From the NCBI GenBank assembly GCA_041752715.1, contig JBGSVY010000252.1, positions 2,960 through 66,959 on the forward strand: a stretch of DNA of 64,000 nucleotides. Direction: 5' to 3'. The position numbers and the translations under genes were made by a program. Below are positions 60,088-64,000 of the stretch, one piece after another. The stretch's first letter is position 1; each line of letters starts with the position of its first letter. Under the pieces are notes generated by a model. It did no database searches, had not been told where the DNA came from, and worked only from the letters and a program-made list of their open reading frames with translations. The stretch comes from Hyphomonas sp. Its GTDB lineage: Bacteria; Pseudomonadota; Alphaproteobacteria; Caulobacterales; Hyphomonadaceae.

Positions 60088-60852
60088 ATGCCCGTCGAGT
60101 ATGTCAAAAAAGGTAACGTCGCGATAATCACGATGAACCGTCCGGAAGCGCGCAACGCCATCAATGGCGAGATGGCGGCGACGATGGAAGCGGCGCTCGA
60201 CCAGATGGAATCAGACCCCGAAGTCTGGGTCGGCATCCTGACGGCCGTCGGCAAGGCCTTCTGCGCGGGCGCTGACCTGAAGGAAATCTCCGCCGGAAAT
60301 GGCGGCGCGCTCTCCACCAAGAAGGGCGGCTTTGCCGGTATCGCCCGGCGCGAGCGCACCAAGCCGCTGATCGCGGCGATCACCGGCTCCGCCCTCGCCG
60401 GCGGCACGGAAGTGGCGCTGTCCTGCGACATGATCATCGCGGCGGATGATACCAATTTCGGCCTGCCGGAAGTGAAACGCTCGCTGGTTGCTGGCGCCGG
60501 CGGCCTGTTCCGCTTGCCGCGCGTGATTGGCAAGGCCGTTGCGCTCGAAGTGATCCTGACGGGCGATCCGCTTTCCTCGCAGCGCGCCTATGAACTTGGC
60601 ATGGTCAACAAGGTCGTGCCGGAGGCACAGGTGATGGACGAGGCGATGAAACTGGCGGCTCGCATTACCGCCAACGCGCCGCTGGCTGTCGCGGCGAGCC
60701 GCGCGGTGGCCATCGAGGCGACGAGCAAGACGGATGACGAACTATGGAAAGCCTCGGGCACCGCGTTCGCCGGAATTGTTGGCACGGAAGATTTCAAGGA
60801 AGGCCCGAAAGCCTTCATCGAGAAACGTGCGCCGGTCTGGAAGGGGAAATAA
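60088..60852 (+). CDS. Enoyl-CoA hydratase/crotonase family protein
   Basis: NRPEARNA, FCAGADL, GGTE, FGLPEV, EGPKAF.EKR.P.W. Confidence 0.93.
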   Translation: MPVEYVKKGNVAIITMNRPEARNAINGEMAATMEAALDQMESDPEVWVGILTAVGKAFCAGADLKEISAGNGGALSTKKGGFAGIARRERTKPLIAAITGSALAGGTEVALSCDMIIAADDTNFGLPEVKRSLVAGAGGLFRLPRVIGKAVALEVILTGDPLSSQRAYELGMVNKVVPEAQVMDEAMKLAARITANAPLAVAASRAVAIEATSKTDDELWKASGTAFAGIVGTEDFKEGPKAFIEKRAPVWKGK

Positions 60853-60913
60853 ACCGCCAGACTCTTCCCTTGGAAAAGCACTCGAAACCAAGCACTGAAA
60901 AGTGTTCGGTCGA

Positions 60914-61540
60914 TCAGCCTTTCGAGATCGTCCAGACGTTGGTGAAACCGTCCTCAACGATCGTCACTGTGTCGCCCTCAACGGAAATGCCTGGCATTTG
61001 CCCAGTCTTCAAACCAAAGACAGCGATACCAGGCGGTGCAATCATGACCGGCTGTTCTTCCGATCTTGCGGCCACCTGCTTGCTTGAAGCGTCCGAACAC
61101 ATTTGCGGCTCTCTCGCCGCAGGATAGTCCGTACGCAGCGTGACAAGCAAAACGGCGCCGTCGCCCTGTGCCACTGACTTCACAGTCGCATGTTCAAAGT
61201 CACTGGCAAGAACAGGCGTTGGGCATTCCTTGGAGCTGTTACGCAGCTTGGAAGTCACGGTCGGGTAGTTCTTGAATATTGGTTCCCCGATCAGGCGTGA
61301 CTCGAACTGGTTCCAGCGGAACTCGATCTCGTAACGGTCTTTCACATTGGCGCGCGCGGCGCCGCTGGTCGTGACTGCGCGTTCGCCCTCGTAAGTTTGC
61401 ACCAAGGTGAACTTGATGACCGGCTCGGAACCCCATTTGGCGAAGACGGCGGGATCAAATTGTGCATGCGCCGAACCAAAGATCGACAATGCAGCCGCTG
61501 CGACAACAAACTTGCCAATCTTCATCGGTTTCATGTTCAT
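60914..61540 (-). CDS. Secreted hypothetical protein
   Basis: GGAGAG RBS, signal peptide ending AHA, two Cys; no recognised family. Confidence 0.65.
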   Translation of the reverse strand: MNMKPMKIGKFVVAAAALSIFGSAHAQFDPAVFAKWGSEPVIKFTLVQTYEGERAVTTSGAARANVKDRYEIEFRWNQFESRLIGEPIFKNYPTVTSKLRNSSKECPTPVLASDFEHATVKSVAQGDGAVLLVTLRTDYPAAREPQMCSDASSKQVAARSEEQPVMIAPPGIAVFGLKTGQMPGISVEGDTVTIVEDGFTNVWTISKG

Positions 61541-61667
61541 CTCTCCGCTGTTCAAACTTGAGATAGAATACCGCCAAACAGGTTCAACGGACAGAGGGAT
61601 CAGCACAGCGGCCGCGCGACTAGGACGATTCTGTTTCAGATTGACCCCGCCCTTACAGAATTCCGTC

Positions 61668-63457
61668 CTACAATTTGTAGAAATACGAAATCGCGACACA
61701 GCTCACGAAACCGATGATGATGTTCATCGGGACGCCGATCTTGAGGAAGTTCGAGAAGCGGTAGTTGCCGGCGGCGTAGACAAGCGTGTTCGTCTGGTAG
61801 CCGACCGGTGAAGCGAAGCTGGCGCTCGCCCCGAACATGACGGCGACGACCAGCGCGCGCGGGTCGATGCCGATCAGGGCGGCGAGCGAGATTACGATGG
61901 GTGTCACGACGACCGCCACGGCGGCGTTGGTGACGATCTCGGTCAGCAGCGATGTGAGCGCATAGATCGCGACCAGTGCCCAGAAGGGCGACAGCTGCAT
62001 GAAAAAGGGCACCGCCGCATTGACGATCAGGTCCACCGCGCCGGTGGACTGGAGGGCGGAGCCGACAATCAGCATGGCGACAATCAGCCCGAGCACGCTG
62101 GGGTCCAGCGCCTTCCAGGCATCCTCCATCGTCAGGCAGCCGAGCACCAGCATTGCTCCGAGGCCGACGATAGCCGCGACCGGTAGCGAGACCATACCGG
62201 TGGCGGCTGCCGCGATGACCAGCGCGATGATGGCGATGGCAAATCCAGCGCTTTCCCGCCGGAAGGCGCGCTCAGGCAGGTCTCGCGTAATGATCAGGGG
62301 TGACGTCATGGCCAGCGCGTCAATGGCACGCTCTGTGCCTTCGAGCAGGAGGTGGTCGCCCGTGCGAAGGCGGGTCGAAGCCAGTTCCGGGCCCGGCTGG
62401 TTGTGCCGTGCCGCGCAATGCCGCGCAGCCGGAGGGGGCGGGCTGACAGATAGCTGAGCTGATCGGCGCGCCGTCCGATGTTCGGATCGTTGGGTGAGAG
62501 GATCGCCTGAACGCGGATCACAGCTTCGCCGTCTGCTGAAATGCGCCGCGCGATGCCGGAGGCGAGCTTGCCCTGCTCGATGATCGTCAGCAATTCCGGC
62601 AGTGTCATGCGGGCTGACAGGCGCTCGCCCGGTGCCATCATTTCGGTGCCCTCTTTGACTTCGCTGCCGGCCTCTGCCGGTTGGGCAGAGGCGCGAACAC
62701 GGGTCTGGGAAATCAGCGTGAGACTCCTAGGCAGCGCCACAGCGGCTTCAGCAGCTGCCGGCAGGGACAGGTCGGTCAGGAACAATAGCGGCTTTTCCGC
62801 TTTCCGGTCCGTGTCCCCGCTCTTCGGGAGCAGGAAATAGCCGAGCACGACGAGCACTGGCACGCCCGCCGCCACGACGGCGAGGCCAACGCCGGAAATC
62901 TCGAAGATGCTGAACGGCTCCATTCCCGCGCGCGTGGCGACCCCGGCGACGATGAGATTGGTCGAGGTGCCGATCAGGGTCAGCGTGCCGCCCATGATCG
63001 AGAGGTAAGACAGGGGGATCAGCAGGCGCCGCTTCGAGACTTTCAGGGTTTCGCTAAGGGCGATGACGACCGGGATCAGAACAAGCACGACCGCCGTATT
63101 GTTGATGAAGGCGGAGCTGACGAGCACCATCACGACCATCAGGCCGAGCGATAGCCAGCTGCCATTCTTGGCGGCGCTGATCACCATGTGCGCCATCTGG
63201 TCGAGCACGCCGGTGCGCTGCAGGGCGGCGGTGAGCATGAAGAGGGCGGCAATCGAGATCGGCGCGGAATTCGAGAAGGCAAGCAGCGCGTCTTCCTGCG
63301 GGATCAGGCCGAAGGCGAAACAGGCGGCGGCAGCGACAACGGCGGTGGTGACTGGCGGCACGCGCTCGAGGGTAAAGGACGCGACCATGCCGGCGAGAAT
63401 GAGGAGAGCGATCAGCGCGTCATTCTGCGCGACCCAGCTTCCGATACCGTCCAGCAT
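61668..63457 (-). pseudogene. SLC13/DASS-family permease with TrkA-C-like region, split by a frameshift near 62403-62413
   Basis: ORF 62306-63457 has SAFINNT and GGTLTLIGTSTN; ORF 61668-62309 has ASFASPVGYQTN; the downstream frame is open through QPGPELASTRLRTGDHLLLEG upstream of its ATG. Confidence 0.75.
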
Positions 63458-63568
63458 GGCGTCAGGTCCTTAAGGGCTTCGGGGGCTCGGAGCACCGCGC
63501 TTGTTAAAGTCTCGGGCGAGCAGGTTGGTTCCAAGAGGCGCGCAGAAGCGCCAGCGGCGATCACGCGC

Positions 63569-64000
63569 TCATTCTTCGGCCCGCTTGACGCGCGCGGTGC
63601 CGCGACCATGGGCGAGCGCTTTGATGGCGCCGCGGAAGGTGCGCACTTCCTGCGTGGTCCACCCTGCACGAATGAGCGCGTTACGCAGATTGGTGATGAG
63701 CAACGGCGTCTTTTCAGGGGGATAGAAATACCCAGCGCGGGTCAGTTCGGTCTCGAAATGCTCGAACATGCCGATCAGGTCTTCGCGGGAGGCGGGGGCG
63801 CCGACGCCTTCGGACTTGTCCGTAAAACGGCCCATTTGCCCGGCGGCCTCGCCCCACGCGTGGCAGAAGATGCCAGCGGCCTGTGCAAGGTTGAGGGACG
63901 CGAAGGCCGGATTTACCGGATAGGTGAGGATGGCATCGCAAATCGCGATGGCCTCGTTCGGAAGGCCGGATTTCTCGCCGCCGAAAACGACGCCCCACGG
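63569..64000 (-). CDS. SPOUT RNA methyltransferase, TrmJ/LasT-like (5' truncated by window edge)
   Basis: Frame upstream of the tracked ORF reads VFGGEKSGL..E...PVNPAFASLNLAQA; C-terminal QEVRTFRG. Confidence 0.85.
   Translation of the reverse strand, partial: PWGVVFGGEKSGLPNEAIAICDAILTYPVNPAFASLNLAQAAGIFCHAWGEAAGQMGRFTDKSEGVGAPASREDLIGMFEHFETELTRAGYFYPPEKTPLLITNLRNALIRAGWTTQEVRTFRGAIKALAHGRGTARVKRAEE

Overview
A GC-rich, mostly core-genome chromosomal segment from an alphaproteobacterium, probably Hyphomonadaceae/Caulobacterales-like. This is inferred from the gene set, a tRNA-His lacking G-1, a GTTC-N7-GTTC LexA box and CtrA-like motifs. It contains the end of groEL, recJ, purB, a TonB-dependent receptor/peptidase cluster, a Zur-boxed ZnuD-like receptor, the imuA-imuB-dnaE2 SOS mutagenesis cassette, eno-ftsB-pdhABC-lpdA, rpmF, mfd-sdhE-recG, an ast operon, ompA, secE-nusG, fatty-acid catabolic genes and two tRNAs. 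I saw no integrase, transposase, prophage or CRISPR array. The most unusual signals are: (1) two copies of the same REP-doublet-like palindromic element, both translated in frame inside the linkers of adjacent pdhB and pdhC; (2) a tandem TIR-domain gene between eno and ftsB; (3) an accessory cluster upstream of secE with a tandem-GNAT-like protein, an M64-like HExxH lipoprotein and a secreted partner; (4) a peptidoglycan-binding protein with a symmetric 4+4 array of 23-aa repeats; (5) a 33-proline OmpA linker; (6) an SLC13 permease frameshifted at a 5-bp tandem duplication. All product calls come from motif recognition by eye; no database searches were run.
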